Assembly (NCBI GenBank): GCA_964106645.2
Contig: OZ067045.1
Source of the DNA: Podarcis pityusensis
Taxonomy: Eukaryota
Strand: one strand, 5' to 3'
Length of the DNA: 64,000 bases
Shown here piece after piece: positions 24,540 to 36,459 of the stretch (position 1 is the stretch's first letter; every line of letters begins with the position of its first letter). Below the pieces are notes generated by a model. It ran no database searches. It saw only the letters and a list, made by a program, of their open reading frames with translations, and was not told where the DNA came from. The translations under genes were made by a program, and so were the position numbers.

Positions 24540-26446
24540 CACTGGTCAACAACAAATTTGTTGTCTGCGTTTTTTCAGTTGATTTAGGATGAATCTGATG
24601 CACTGAATCAAAAAATCACATTGGTTTTGCTCAATCAGGTCAAGTTTCTGAGCTATGGCCACATGTCGTTTTTTTACGTTTTTGTTCACATGGACGCTTG
24701 TGTGGAGCATTTTAGAAGAAGTTGGTGGGGGTAAAATGCCATGTCGAATAATTGTTTTGATTGGAAATGATTATTTTAATGACAAGAAGTATTCAGGTCC
24801 GATAGTTCTGGGTGATTATGTCGAAAAGGGAACAGTTTGAAGTCATAAAACCTCGAAATCTTCCATAAATTGGTGCACTGTTGATGTGACTGGGATCAAC
24901 AGAAAGAACCGGAGCAGCCTCAAGTATTCTGATCTTCAATCAGCACGTTGTCCTGTAGCTCATTGTGATGAAATTCCAGTGCCTATTTTCGGAGAACTTC
25001 CTGACATTAGTGACGAAGATGCCTCCAGTGTTGAAGGACATGAAGAAAAAGAAGTGGTTCTTGAAGATGATGCTCCACATCCATTTTCCCAAAAGGAGTT
25101 GAATGATCTAGTTCGCGACCTCAGCTTGTCAAAGGACTCTGCCGAACTGTTGGCATCCAGATTGAAGGGAAAAAACCTCTTTTCTGACAGTGCTCGCATC
25201 AGCTTCTTCCGCAACAGGCATCAAGAGTACCTCCGTTTTTTCTTGGAAGAGAAGGACTTGGTGTACTGTGCAGATATTGCACAGCTTCTGCTCAAGCTTG
25301 GAGTGCCACAGTACGAACGCAAAGATTGGAGACTGTTCATTAACAGCAGCAAGCGATCACTGAAATGTGTTCTGCTACACAACGGCAACCAGTTTGCCTC
25401 TATATCCCTGGCTCACTCGAGTACACCGAAGGCGAACTATGAAGCGGTGAAGTATTTGCTGGAGAAAATTGGTTATGATCAGCATAAGTGGTTTATTTGT
25501 GTTGACCTGAAGATGGTGAACTTCTTGTTGGGACAACAGTCTGGCTTCACCAAGTACCCATGTTTTCTGTGCATGTGGGATAGTAGGGACCGTGCTCAGC
25601 ACTACACGAAGAAGGACTGGCCTGTGCGGGAGGAACTGGTGCCTTGCAAAAAAAGGAACGTCATCAATGACCCTTTGGTGGACAGAGACAGAATACTCTT
25701 CCCACTGCTGCACATCAAGCTCGGCTTAATCAAGCAGTTCACCAAGGCTCTGGACAAGGATGGTTACTGCTTCACTTACTTGTGCCAGGCTTTTCCAGGA
25801 TTGACCATGGAGAAGTTGAAAGGTGGCATCTTTGACGGTCCTCAGATCCGTCAGCTCATCAGAGATCCAGAGTTCAGAAACTCAATGAACGAAGTGGAAC
25901 TGGAAGCGTGGAAGGCATTTGTTCTGGTAGTGAAGAACTTTCTTGGCAACAATAAGGCCAGAAACTATGAAGAACTTGTCAACAAGATGCTGACTGCTTT
26001 CAGAAACCTGGGCTGCAACATGAGCGTCAAGATGCATTACCTATTTTCAAAAATGGACCGGTTTCCTGAGAACCTGGGTTCAATGAGTGACGAGCAGGGG
26101 GAGAGATTCTATCAGGACATGAAAGAGATGGAGACCAGGTATCAGGGTCGCTGGGACGCAGTCATGATGGCTGACTACTGTTGGACTCTGAAGAGAGACC
26201 TCCCTGCCACTGAGCATTCCAGGAGTTCCAAGAAACGGAAGTTCAAGCCCTGAAGTTTGAAAAATGGTGAAGCAACATGCAATTTATGTGTACTTAGCTT
26301 TATCAATGCCCACCATTCAGTTTACAGTAAACCTGACCTGATGGAGAGAAACGGATGCCATTTCCTGATTCAGCAGTGCAAAAATACCCTAAATCAGTTG
26401 TAGAAATCTAGACAACATTCAAAAAGTAAAAAATTGTTGCCCAGTG
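24540..26446 (+). mobile_element. Chapaev3-type (CMC superfamily) DNA transposon, both ends intact
   Basis: Left end CACTGGTCAACAA; the right end reads CACTGGGCAACAA on the minus strand. TAA flanks both sides (24537-39, 26447-49). Degenerate inverted similarity extends ~110 bp inward. Encloses a transposase ORF. Confidence 0.93.
24874..26253 (+). pseudogene. Chapaev3 DDE transposase; frame open but N-terminally truncated and probably inactive
   Basis: 455-aa ORF 24886-26253 with motifs ELNDLVRDLSLSKDSAELLASRL, WRLFI(N)SSKRSLKCVLLHNGN, ICVDLKMVNFLLGQQSGFTKYPCFLCMWD, PLLHIKLGL, GIFDGPQIR, SDEQGERF(Y)QD, basic C-terminus SKKRKF. Starts at GTG; first ATG is codon 210; in-frame TGA upstream at 24838-40. 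Confidence 0.88.
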
Positions 26447-27946
26447 TAATCCATAAAACAAACAACAAAGAAAATCAATCTTCCATCCAACTTAATTAAT
26501 TGGTTGTTTGTTTAATTACAAATGCAGGTTTGTTCTTGTTTTCATAAAATAAAAGCTCATCTCATGCCTTTTGAAGTATACAGTAATTAAGATCTGTCAC
26601 CCTTAGTCCATGCTGGTAAAATTAAATGTGCTGAACAAAAAATAAAATGTGGGGATTGGACTATCAAATAGGATTGTGATATCAAAGTCTACAGGAAAAG
26701 ATGGGCTGAAGCAGAAACAGTCACACCACGAAGCAAATCCCTTCTGCAGACTTGGTTGGTATACAGCCAGCTTTTAAAAATAATAATAAGAAGAAAAAAG
26801 TGCTTCTTTCTCTTTAAAACCCAGAAGGGGAAACTTGACATCTTTTATCAAAAAGACAGACAATTCTTATCCCGTGACAATTTGAGATTATGGATCCCAA
26901 GAGGCTTCCCTTACATTGGTATTTTATCACTGAAATCACAGCCGGCGCTGTTTATTTTCTGTACCTCCACATAGTTTTCAAGGTGTTGCCAGCAGGACCT
27001 CGACTGACACTGACATGTGTTGTCATATTGCAAGATCTGAAAGAAAACACCAGATAAATAAATATCAAGGGGTTCTTGATCTCCTGTTGCTTGCTGAGTT
27101 TTCGGAGACACCAGCGCTAGCTGATGCTCAAACCTTCTGTGTTTTGCTGGGCTCTCAAATGCACCAGTCTCAACTTCTCTGGGAAATTAATTATTTCCCA
27201 GAGTTTTGCCGGCCTTTCCCCCTCGATTGTTTTCCTTTTCCCTTAAGGAGCTACATAGGTACAACTACTTAGTTGTAAGCTAAGTGGACTGGCTGACAAC
27301 TTCATTGGAATGTTTGGTGGCAAGGTAAGTGAGATGAGTCTGGAGAAGATTTGTTCACCCTGGACATTGCTGGATTCACATTAGCCCTAGCCAGTGTGGC
27401 TAATGGTCAGAAATGATAGGTGTTGAGGTCCAGTAGCACTTGGAAGGCAGGCACCAGGGTGATGAAAGATGGCCTGGAAGCATGACTTTGGCCAAGACCA
27501 TGGTCAATTGACCAACTGGGCATTCTTCCAGTTCTTGGTCCCCATCTATAAACATGGTGTAGATGTGGGAAACCTCAGCACCATTAAGCATGGTCAACAG
27601 ACAGGGGCTCCGACTATAATCATCATCATCATCATCATCTCAAAATTTTTTACAACAATAAATAAATCCTAGAATGATAGAATTGTAGAACTGGAAGGAA
27701 TCCCAAGAGTCATCTATTCCACCCCCTTGAAATGCAGGAATCGCAACAAGTGCTGGCCACTTGGAGTCAGAAGCAACCAGAACAAAACTAAAATAGAATA
27801 AAGTCAAAAGCTCGTTTGTATTTTTAAAAGGCAGGACTAAAACACACCACCCACTGAAGGAAGTTGCAGCTTAGTAACATCTGGAAAACCAAGAGGATCC
27901 CACACTTGTAGCAGTGGCTGTGTATGAATAGATACATGTTCTAAAT

Positions 27947-28269
27947 TAGGGGCAGGCAATGTCAGGGCCGAGACCCAAATGCAGCCCTCCAAGTCTTTCT
28001 ATCTGGTCCCTCCATCATCTTCCTGGTCACATCCCCTCTCTCAACATCTCTCACCAACCTTGCCTTGCACCTTCATTGAGAATTCTTGAATTCTGAGAAT
28101 GCCTCTTGCTTGCCTGAACAGAGGACAGAGAGAGGGTGAGAAGTCTCCTGTCTCCTGTAATATTTACATTAGATGTTCCCGTTGCTGCAGTCACCACTTG
28201 CATGCAACCTCTGGAATGTTGCTTAGAATGGAATACAACCCTTAGACTGAAAAGAGTTCCCCACCTCTG
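27947..28269. mobile_element. hAT (Charlie-like) MITE
   Basis: Perfect 8-bp TSD TTCTAAAT (27939-46, 28270-77). A related copy lies in inverse orientation at ~44896-45245. Confidence 0.8.
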
Positions 28270-28384
28270 TTCTAAATTAACTTTGGAACTAACTACTGAT
28301 GGAGAGAGCAGACTACCCACTCTTTGCACCTACTTTCTTCCTAGGATGGGTATCTGCTGTATTGCAATATATGATGGATAATAT

Positions 28385-28600
28385 ATGAACATAAGAAACA
28401 ACCTTATATTGAGACAGGCTATTGGTCCATTTAGCTATTGACCCATTAGTCATTTAGCTATGGGTCCATTCAGCCATTGATACATTAGTCTTGTTTTGAT
28501 CCATTTAGCCATTGATCCACACTGGTCCACTTAGCCACTGGTCCATATGAACATATGAAACTACCATATATTTACACAGGTTTTGGTCCATTTAGCCTTG
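28385..28600. repeat. Degenerate ~15-bp minisatellite (TGGTCCATTTAGCCA)
   Basis: About 8-10 imperfect units within two SINE/CR1 tail starts (GAACATAAGAAAC, GAACATATGAAAC). Confidence 0.7.
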
Positions 28601-30747
28601 TTTTGTCTACTTTGAGATCCTTTTAACTGGACTCACCAGACTGATCCTAGGGCATTCTGGAGGCAAATCAGGTCCTCTGCTCTTGAACTAAGGAACAGAC
28701 CCCGGTGTTGCTCAACTACAACTCTTATCATTCCATGTTGGTTGGATTGGTGGGAGTTATAACCCAACGTTTGTAGGATCAGACCTTCCCTGCTTCTGAT
28801 GCTACCAGTGGCTGCTTCCATGGATCTCTATCTCCCATCTATCCATTTGCCAATAAAATAAGTGAAGTCTTGACCCTATTCCACCTCCAAACTCCAACAA
28901 TCTGGTGCTCTGATCTTAGGAATGTTCCTTTGTGGCTGCAAAGGACCATTATTCACAAGGAGCAACCAACCCTGTGCACCAAGTCCTGCCAAGAAAAATG
29001 CCTCACCACCCACCATCCTGCCTCTAAGTTGTAATAGTTCATACAGACAACCATTTATTAAGTGATAACATGATTATGGCATACATGCAGCCACTGGGTA
29101 AGCTGGTTTTCTGTGTTGTCTTGCCAGTTGATGAATAAACTCTGACTGTGTTGATGTTTTTGGTGCAATACTCCCTGGAAAATAAAAGGGGGAAGGATAT
29201 GACCTTTCACTATGAAATGTGGAGACTTCTTTCCTTTTCTTGGCAAAGCACTGGTCAAAAGGATGTGAGGGATGCCGCTGGTATCTCAGTCACTTTGAGA
29301 GACTGAAGGATTCGGTCAGGCAGTGCAGATGGCTGCTAGCCGAACCATTTTGCCTCTGTTTCCCCTAACCAAAGATTGCTGAAATTGTGTATGGACCCCA
29401 CCTATACCAGCTGTATTTTGTCAGGAATCCAAATAAACAGGATGTGGTGGGTTGGCTCCCTCTCCCTCTCCAGCAGTGGTCTCATCTGCACTATACATTT
29501 AAAGCAGAATTTGCTGTCCCAGAGCTACAATTCCCAGAGTTTCTTGGGAAGAGGGACTGATAGCTAAACCACTCTGAGAATTGCAGCTGTAGGAGGGGAA
29601 TAAGGGGTCTCCTAGTGACTCTTGCACCTTTAACAAATGAGAGCTCTCGGAATTCCTTGGGGGAAGCCCATGTAAGGCATGAATACGACTTGGGTTTGTT
29701 CATATTCAGTCGATAAGCCTCCCACAAATGTCTAAGCAGGACACAATCTTCATTTTTATTCACCCTCACCTACCCTTAGTTTATTTCTCAACATTTATAT
29801 CTCACTTATTTATTTTAAAGGAAGTATCCCAATTGCCAAACAACGCCAAGGCAAAGAAAGTACCCTACACAAACAAAGAGACGGAAACCATGGCTGTTTA
29901 AAATGGAATCATAGTGGTTGAAATGTATGGAATGAATGTGGCCTTAGTTAGATCCATGAATTTGAATATCACCTTTAAAAAACCAAAACAAAAAAACCCC
30001 AAACCTTTTTTCAAAAGGTTGAGAAGTGTCCTGATTTCTTTGGAAAGGTTGGGTTATAAATGTAAACATGCAAATGTACAAATAATTCAACAACAACAAC
30101 AGCAGCAATGCTTTGTCCTAGGGTTGGAAGCAACGGTAGTGATGCAACCAAACCCAGCACACAGCGGAGAAGCTGTCTCTGCTACTCCTCGATGTGTCAG
30201 TTGAAATGTCACTCAGGTATCTTCCCTCTGGATTTTTCTCCCTCTTGGGATCGAGTAGTACACAAGAATGACCCATCCCCGGCGTACTGGTATTCTGAAA
30301 CTCATGATTTGTCATGGTTGCAAACCTCAAAAGCCAGGCTTGAGCTGTGTGAGAACAGCAGGTTCTACATGGCGGCTCCCCTGTGGCTTCACCAGCTTTG
30401 CTTTGCTGACTATCAGGAGGGAGGGATAGAGGCTTTGGTTCTCTTTCCTTTTATGTGTTGTTTTTTTTCCAAAGATCTAACTCTTTGAAAAAAAATGGGG
30501 GTGGGGGGTAAGGAAGGCTTTCACCTGAGCTGGCTTTCCTGATACTCTTTGTAGCTTTTGTATATAAGGGGGCACTTTTGAAGTGATGTACAAAGAAAGT
30601 GCATGTTCACGGATCGATAATGCTTTAGTTTCTCATAAAGGTGGGGAGCTGGACCAGAAGCAGCTTTTGGTGATTTACAGGGTGACCTAATTTACCCCTA
30701 CAGCCTTGGTGAAAAAACCCAACAGTAAGTTGCTTAGATGTCAGCAT

Positions 30748-31020
30748 AGAACATAAGAAGAGGCTGCTGTATCAGGCAAATGGGCCATCTAGTCAAGCAT
30801 TCTGTTCCCACAGTGGCCAAATAGATGATCTAGTGACCAACCAGATTATTTTGGGGGGTTCACAGACAGGGCATGAAAGCAACAGCCCTTCCTTCCTATT
30901 ACTCACAAGAACATTTGAGGAGCCCTACTGGATCAGACCAAAACCCATCTAATCCAGCATCCTGTTTCCAAAGTGGCCAATCAGATGCCTATGGAAATCC
31001 TTAAGCAAAGCCCAAGAACA
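30748..31020 (-). mobile_element. Two tandem CR1 3' tails
   Basis: AGAACATAAGAAGAGG...CAGTGGCCAA at ~30748 and a similar tail at ~30907. Confidence 0.7.
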
Positions 31021-31367
31021 ACACCCAGTAGGGTGGGTCTTGGATAAGGTGGGTGCCCAGGCAATTTCTGGCACTTCCTTGTTTGCAGCTAGTCTTAGGC
31101 CAGTCTGCATTGTGGTTGTGTAAGCTTGGTGGAGCCTCTTATTGTCATGACAGTTTTGCAGCAGGAGGTCCTTGTGCTGGGGTTATGTAGGAGACGGTGA
31201 CATATGCATGCATGCAGGGAGACGGTAGCAATGGTGTGGTCTGCATGGTACTATGTGGCATAGGCATCCCATGCTCTGCCTAGGCTCAATGACCACTTGA
31301 ATAGAAGATGAGTCACGCAGTGCTTCACACTCTAAGGATGGAGGAAACTGCATTCTACCAGGTCAGG

Positions 31368-31560
31368 GGAAGGGCAATGGCTCAATGGTAGAGCACCGAC
31401 ATTTTCATGCAGAAGGTCATAGGTTCAATCTCCAGCATTTTCAGGTAGCGCTGGGATAAGACCCCTGTCTGAAAATTCTAGAGACCTGCTGCCAGTCAGC
31501 ATGTAGACAATGCTGAGCTAGAGGGACCAATGGTCTGACTCAGTATAAGGCAGCTTCATG
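31368..31560 (+). mobile_element. tRNA-derived SINE (Squam3-like)
   Basis: GGCTCAATGGTAGAGCA...GGTTCAATCTCC...GACTCAGTATAAGGCAGCTTC. Confidence 0.8.
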
Positions 31561-33266
31561 AGTTTTCCCCAACTTATTCGGCATCTTCATTATGCAGCTG
31601 AAGACACACTTCCCCCCAGTTTTTGACATTTAAGATGCATATTTTTAGGACCCACCTTATTTCAGAGATCAGAACTGTGGTGCTGGGCTTTATGCTTGTG
31701 CATATGCAGGCAAGAATCTTCATGTGCAGAATACAGAGTTTAGAACTGACCTTCAGGCCACTTTCATCCAGTTTGGGGCCTTTTCGAATTCCGAGTGGTA
31801 ACAGGGAGAAAGGAAGATCATTTCTGTCTCATGTGTTGAATGCAGCACTCAGCCCTTCTTGCAACACGTCCTCCTCAGCACTCTTTACACACATTAGCTA
31901 ATGATCCTTATTTCTAATTAGTAGAAATTGACTATGGTCAAAAGGGACACTTGAGTCAATTAGCCAAATTATATATTCAAATCTCTGAGCTCCTGACCCG
32001 GAGCTTTTGAACAGCTGATGAAGACATCACTAGGCAACTGTACAGCACCCAAATTAAAGTCTCTTGACTAAAGTGTAGCAGGGTGAAGAATACGACTGTA
32101 AGAAAGTGTATCTAATCTTATCATTCTGGAATGAAAGCTTTCCCCTTGAGACGGAAGCATGAAAAAGGAAAGGTCTGGTTCAGAAATCCCTCTATTCATA
32201 ACCACTTGTCCCATTTCAGTCACTTCATATTAAATTCTTTTCCATATTTAGTGTGGGGGGGGGCGTGTCAGTAGATGGTCAATAGGCCATGGCACCTAGG
32301 CATAAGGAGGAGTCATTGAGAGCATTTTGCCAACTTCAGAGACTGGAAAGTCCTGTTCTGGCATTGTTTAAAGCAGGAAGTGGTAAGAAGTAGGTAAGTA
32401 ATTTTCCATTCTAGAATTAAAACTTCCCTCCTCACTTTAAATTTGGTGTGGGGTCCTTCAAATGTTGTTGGGGTCCATGGGCCATAGTCAGGGAATGTGG
32501 AAGCCATAGTCAAACCACACCCAGATGGTGACAATTTCCCTATCACCCACTTTCAATGATAGTTTGCTGATGCATGCATATGGCTTGACTTTTGCTACCG
32601 TTGATCCTTGTAACCTTGGTGGCAGAAAATACATTTTCTTTTGGATGCAAAAACTGGACCTTAGCAAGCAGTCTCATCATGAAATGGACCAAGGCCATCA
32701 TCAGTTGGTCTGCCAACAATTCCATGTCATATCAAACGTCACCTGACTGGTACATATTTATTGTGCCAACCTTGATCTTTGTTTGCTAGACAGTTTATTT
32801 GACTCTACAAAACCCCCAAAATCAATAAAGGGGCATACCTAGATTTTGAAGGCATTGGTGAATGTAATACTCATAAATGTGCGTAGTTTATCTTAATCCA
32901 CTATAAGTGCTTTTAAAATGCAGGTAGTATCATCCTCAACTAATTATGATCTGTATCTCCCTAGAGAGGCAATTTTGCTTTGGCATTTGCACTATTTCCT
33001 TTCATAATTATACATTATAATTGACTCAGGAGAGTAAACAGTAAAGGGCTGGCTCATGTTTGTTCTAGATAGTGCAGGGATGGGAACCTGTGGCCCTTCA
33101 GAAGCTGCTGGACTACAAGTCTCATAATCCCTGACCATCACCCTTCACCAGTGGCCATGTTGGCTGGGGCTGATGGGCATTTGAACTCAACATCTGGAAG
33201 GCTATAGGCTCTCCATCCCCAAGAAAGTGTTTTCATCCAGCTGATTTCCTGATAAAACTGCTAGCA

Positions 33267-33365
33267 AAGCTAAGCAGGGTCCTGCATGGTTTCAAATTGG
33301 ATGGGAGACCACGTGTTGAGATGATGACCCTTGAAGTCCCTTGTAACTCTACAGTTTAATGATTC
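33267..33365 (+). mobile_element. 5S rRNA-derived segment joined to a CR1-type tail (SINE3-like)
   Basis: AAGCTAAGCAGGGTC (33267-81) and TTGGATGGGAGACC (33297-310) match the 5S box A and box C regions; then GATGACCCTTGAAGTCCCTTGTAACTCT. Confidence 0.6.
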
Positions 33366-36217
33366 AATGTTTGCATCACTAGAATAACAAATCTGTTGAT
33401 ATTTGGTTGTCATATTTTTTCCTAAAATATATTATTTGGTTATTCCTTAGGTTTTCCAACAATGGTACAAGCAAGAACAAAACAAAAGAACCACATCTTG
33501 TACAACCCATTGTGGTATGGCCTCCTTTGTCATAAGGCAATAAAGCAATGTCACCACTCTCCAAAACTATTGGTGAGACTAAGTGCTACTTTGAAGTACG
33601 CTTGGTTGCAGTTTTGCCAAATTAAATAAAAAGTCTCCCACTTCCCCATATGGGAAGAAGACAAGAGCCAATGTTAAAATGTTTAGTGTTCTTTGGACAA
33701 CAGGACACTAGAAATAAGCAATGTAGTGCTGGACTGAAAATTCTCCGGGGTTTTCCTTCTTCTTTTGACCATTTACTGAAAGTTCAGTTCAGTTTGCGTT
33801 GAGAATTTATCTAATTTGTGCACTCCTAAACAATGCACAAACCCAACTGCAGCTGTTTGCTGCAATTCTCACTGTCCTGACTTTTGTGATGCATTCCTCC
33901 AACTCAAAGCTGTGCGTAATTAATGCTTGCAAAAATTATTGCTTGCCTTACCAGTAGCTTCTTGTATGCTGCTATTTCCACATCTTCTCTGAGAAGATCT
34001 TAGTCAAGTAATAAATGGGCATGTAAGAAGAAATGCACACTCAAGTGGGGACTAATCTTCAAGTGGACTATATTAAAAATCACAAACTGATGTGGAATGT
34101 GGAAGATTGGAAAAATGGGTAATGAAGAGAGGGGCAGGGAGTAGGAGAGAGAAATTAAGACTCCCCCACTTCTCCTGCTACCCCCCTGTTGTTGCTGCCC
34201 ATTGCTGTTCCTTCCTGTTCAGCTGCCTACTTTGAGCATGGAAGCAAACAGTAGCAAGAGTGAAGAGACTGAAAAGGATTTCCTGCCTACCTTGTGCTCA
34301 CTTTGCTGGGTAGTTGTAAATAGAGTGCTTGAAATGGACAGAAATGGCAAAGAGGAAGGAGAGGCTCCTGCTGGCCTCCTATCCAATCCTGAATTCACCC
34401 CTGGTGGTAAGTTAGCAATTTATGTGAAGAGCTATAAGGAGATGACTTGTTTATGTTGCAGGAAGAGTGAATACTTTAACCCTGAACAACAGTTTGTGTA
34501 CTCCAGGAGATTAATATCTACATTGCACGGGCTTGCTGTGAATAAATTAACTCTTGAATACACAATTACTGTCTTAGCGGTGTTCATTGCAGACAATTAC
34601 ATGGTGCATACGATATTTAATGTAGTTTTGTGATGAATTTCGGAAATGATAGAGTCAGATGACAGAGCCTCATTCCGTGTCACACTAGGACACCAATAAG
34701 CTGCTGATTATCTGTAAGGAGAAATGTAAATCATCTGTTCTCTTTGTAATGAGAACAATACTGGGCTAATCATTCATAAAGAATAATTTATCTCCCCATT
34801 TATTTACTTATTTAGTTCCCCTTTACTACTTTGGCCTACAGACCATTGATCATTCATCTGGTAGTTGGTTCCAAAGATGCTGAGGAGATGGGATTAAAGA
34901 TAGCACCAAGCAGGCAAGCAAGCAAGCAAAAAACCCACACCAGCAATTACAACTTTGCCATATTATTATGGTGTGTAAATATTCATTGGCAAGTCTTAGT
35001 TATATATCTATCTTTCAGGGGACAGAGTATGGAGGAGGAAAATTAACATATTGTTATCTGAGCTGAGCACTTAAAGTCGCTTTTGATCCCTGTAAATAAG
35101 TAATAAGATAAAGCAAACACCTGGACATGAATAAATATTCCCTCTCTCTCTGGGGTAGACAATCCAGTATCCTCCAGAGGTTGCTAAACTTCAGCTTACA
35201 TCAGCCCTAGTCAGCATTACCAATAGTCAGGGGATGATGGGAAACATAATGAAACAATATTTTGAGGGTGCTATGTTAGTTATCACCTATCTGCCTATCT
35301 GTCAGGAATATTTGTTTGTTTGTATTTGCTTTCTTTCACTTACTTATTTAATTACTTACTGGAGATAGTTGGCTACTGAAGGACAGTTTGTCTGAAAATA
35401 AATAAAACAAACAATACTCAGCCTACATCACTTCTGGAAGATCCAAGAGTTCAAGCTTTGGCGAGTCTCTAATGAAAGAAAGAACCTAAATTCCAAAGGT
35501 GTTTTTTAAAAAGGTTTTTAAAAAACAACCCCCCCCAAAAAACCTCCCCTTTAATCCAAATCTATTATTCTGATCATAGTCAACCCCAATGCTAAAACCA
35601 ACCCACTGTTTCCTTCTTCTAGCATGAGACTCACCATTCCCTTGCTGCTACTTCAGGAGACTTTTACGGCACAGCGCTGCATGTAAAGTTCACCGTCTTG
35701 CCATGACCTTTCCTCTTTTAAATTGTTTCATCATTGTGACCGACATGAACCAAAGGGAAGATGTAAAAATGTTAAGGAAGTTCATTTCTAAGAAGGTTAA
35801 GCAACTCTTGCAGTGCCCTTTCCACATTATCCAGGACCTCCTAGAGGCACCATAACATGATAATGATGGTTTCTTTAATTGCATTTTGTTGTCAAAGAAG
35901 GCATGTTTGAAATGGATGGCAATTAAACATTCTGCTTCTCAAGGATCATCTCTGTAGTTTCATCCAGGATCACAGAGTTCAAAGGTTCTCTGGTTTTCTG
36001 GAGTAACAATGAAAGAAAAAACAAAAAAGTCTGGCATTCAAGAAAATGCAATACTTGGTAATGTATATTATATTTATCTATATTTAAATACAGAAAAGGA
36101 ATTCATCCAATCTGATGTTTCCAAACTTCCATGTGGATCAAAACTCCCAGTTGGATTATTCACTCCTTTGGATGTTGTGATGCAGTTTTGGTGCAAAAGG
36201 TGCACCCAAACCATGTA

Positions 36218-36459
36218 CAGTGGTACCTCGGGTTACATATGCTTCAGGTTACATATGCTTCAGGTTACACACTCCGCTAACCTAGAAATAGTGCTTCAGG
36301 TTAAGAACTTTGCTTCAGGATAAGAACAGAAATCGGGCTCCGGTGGCGCGGCGGCAGCAGGAGGCCCCATTAGCTAAAGTGGTGCTTCAGGTTAAGAACA
36401 GTTTCAGGTTAAGTACGGACCTCCGGAATGAATTAAGTACTTAACCTGAGGTACCACTG
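36218..36459. mobile_element. 242-bp Tigger/pogo-like MITE (same family as 10537, opposite orientation)
   Basis: TA-CAGTGGTACCTCGG...CTGAGGTACCACTG-TA; CpGs retained. Confidence 0.9.

Noticed and set aside
24655-24840. 61-aa ATG ORF in frame with the transposase, as a possible N-terminus
   Set aside because: Ends in TGA and lacks the Cys-rich pattern expected of a Chapaev3 N-terminus; probably a chance ORF in the 5' region.
24886-26253. RAG1/Transib or host gene assignment
   Set aside because: Shares only the general CAC terminus and DDE/zinc-motif layout. The 3-bp TSD (Transib has 5 bp) and the specific motifs fit Chapaev3; no RAG2-like ORF is present.
28420-28600. CRISPR-like array
   Set aside because: Eukaryotic context, degenerate tandem units with no unique spacers, and no cas genes.
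33267-33310. 5S rRNA gene
   Set aside because: Only two short blocks match; the 5' and 3' parts are missing.
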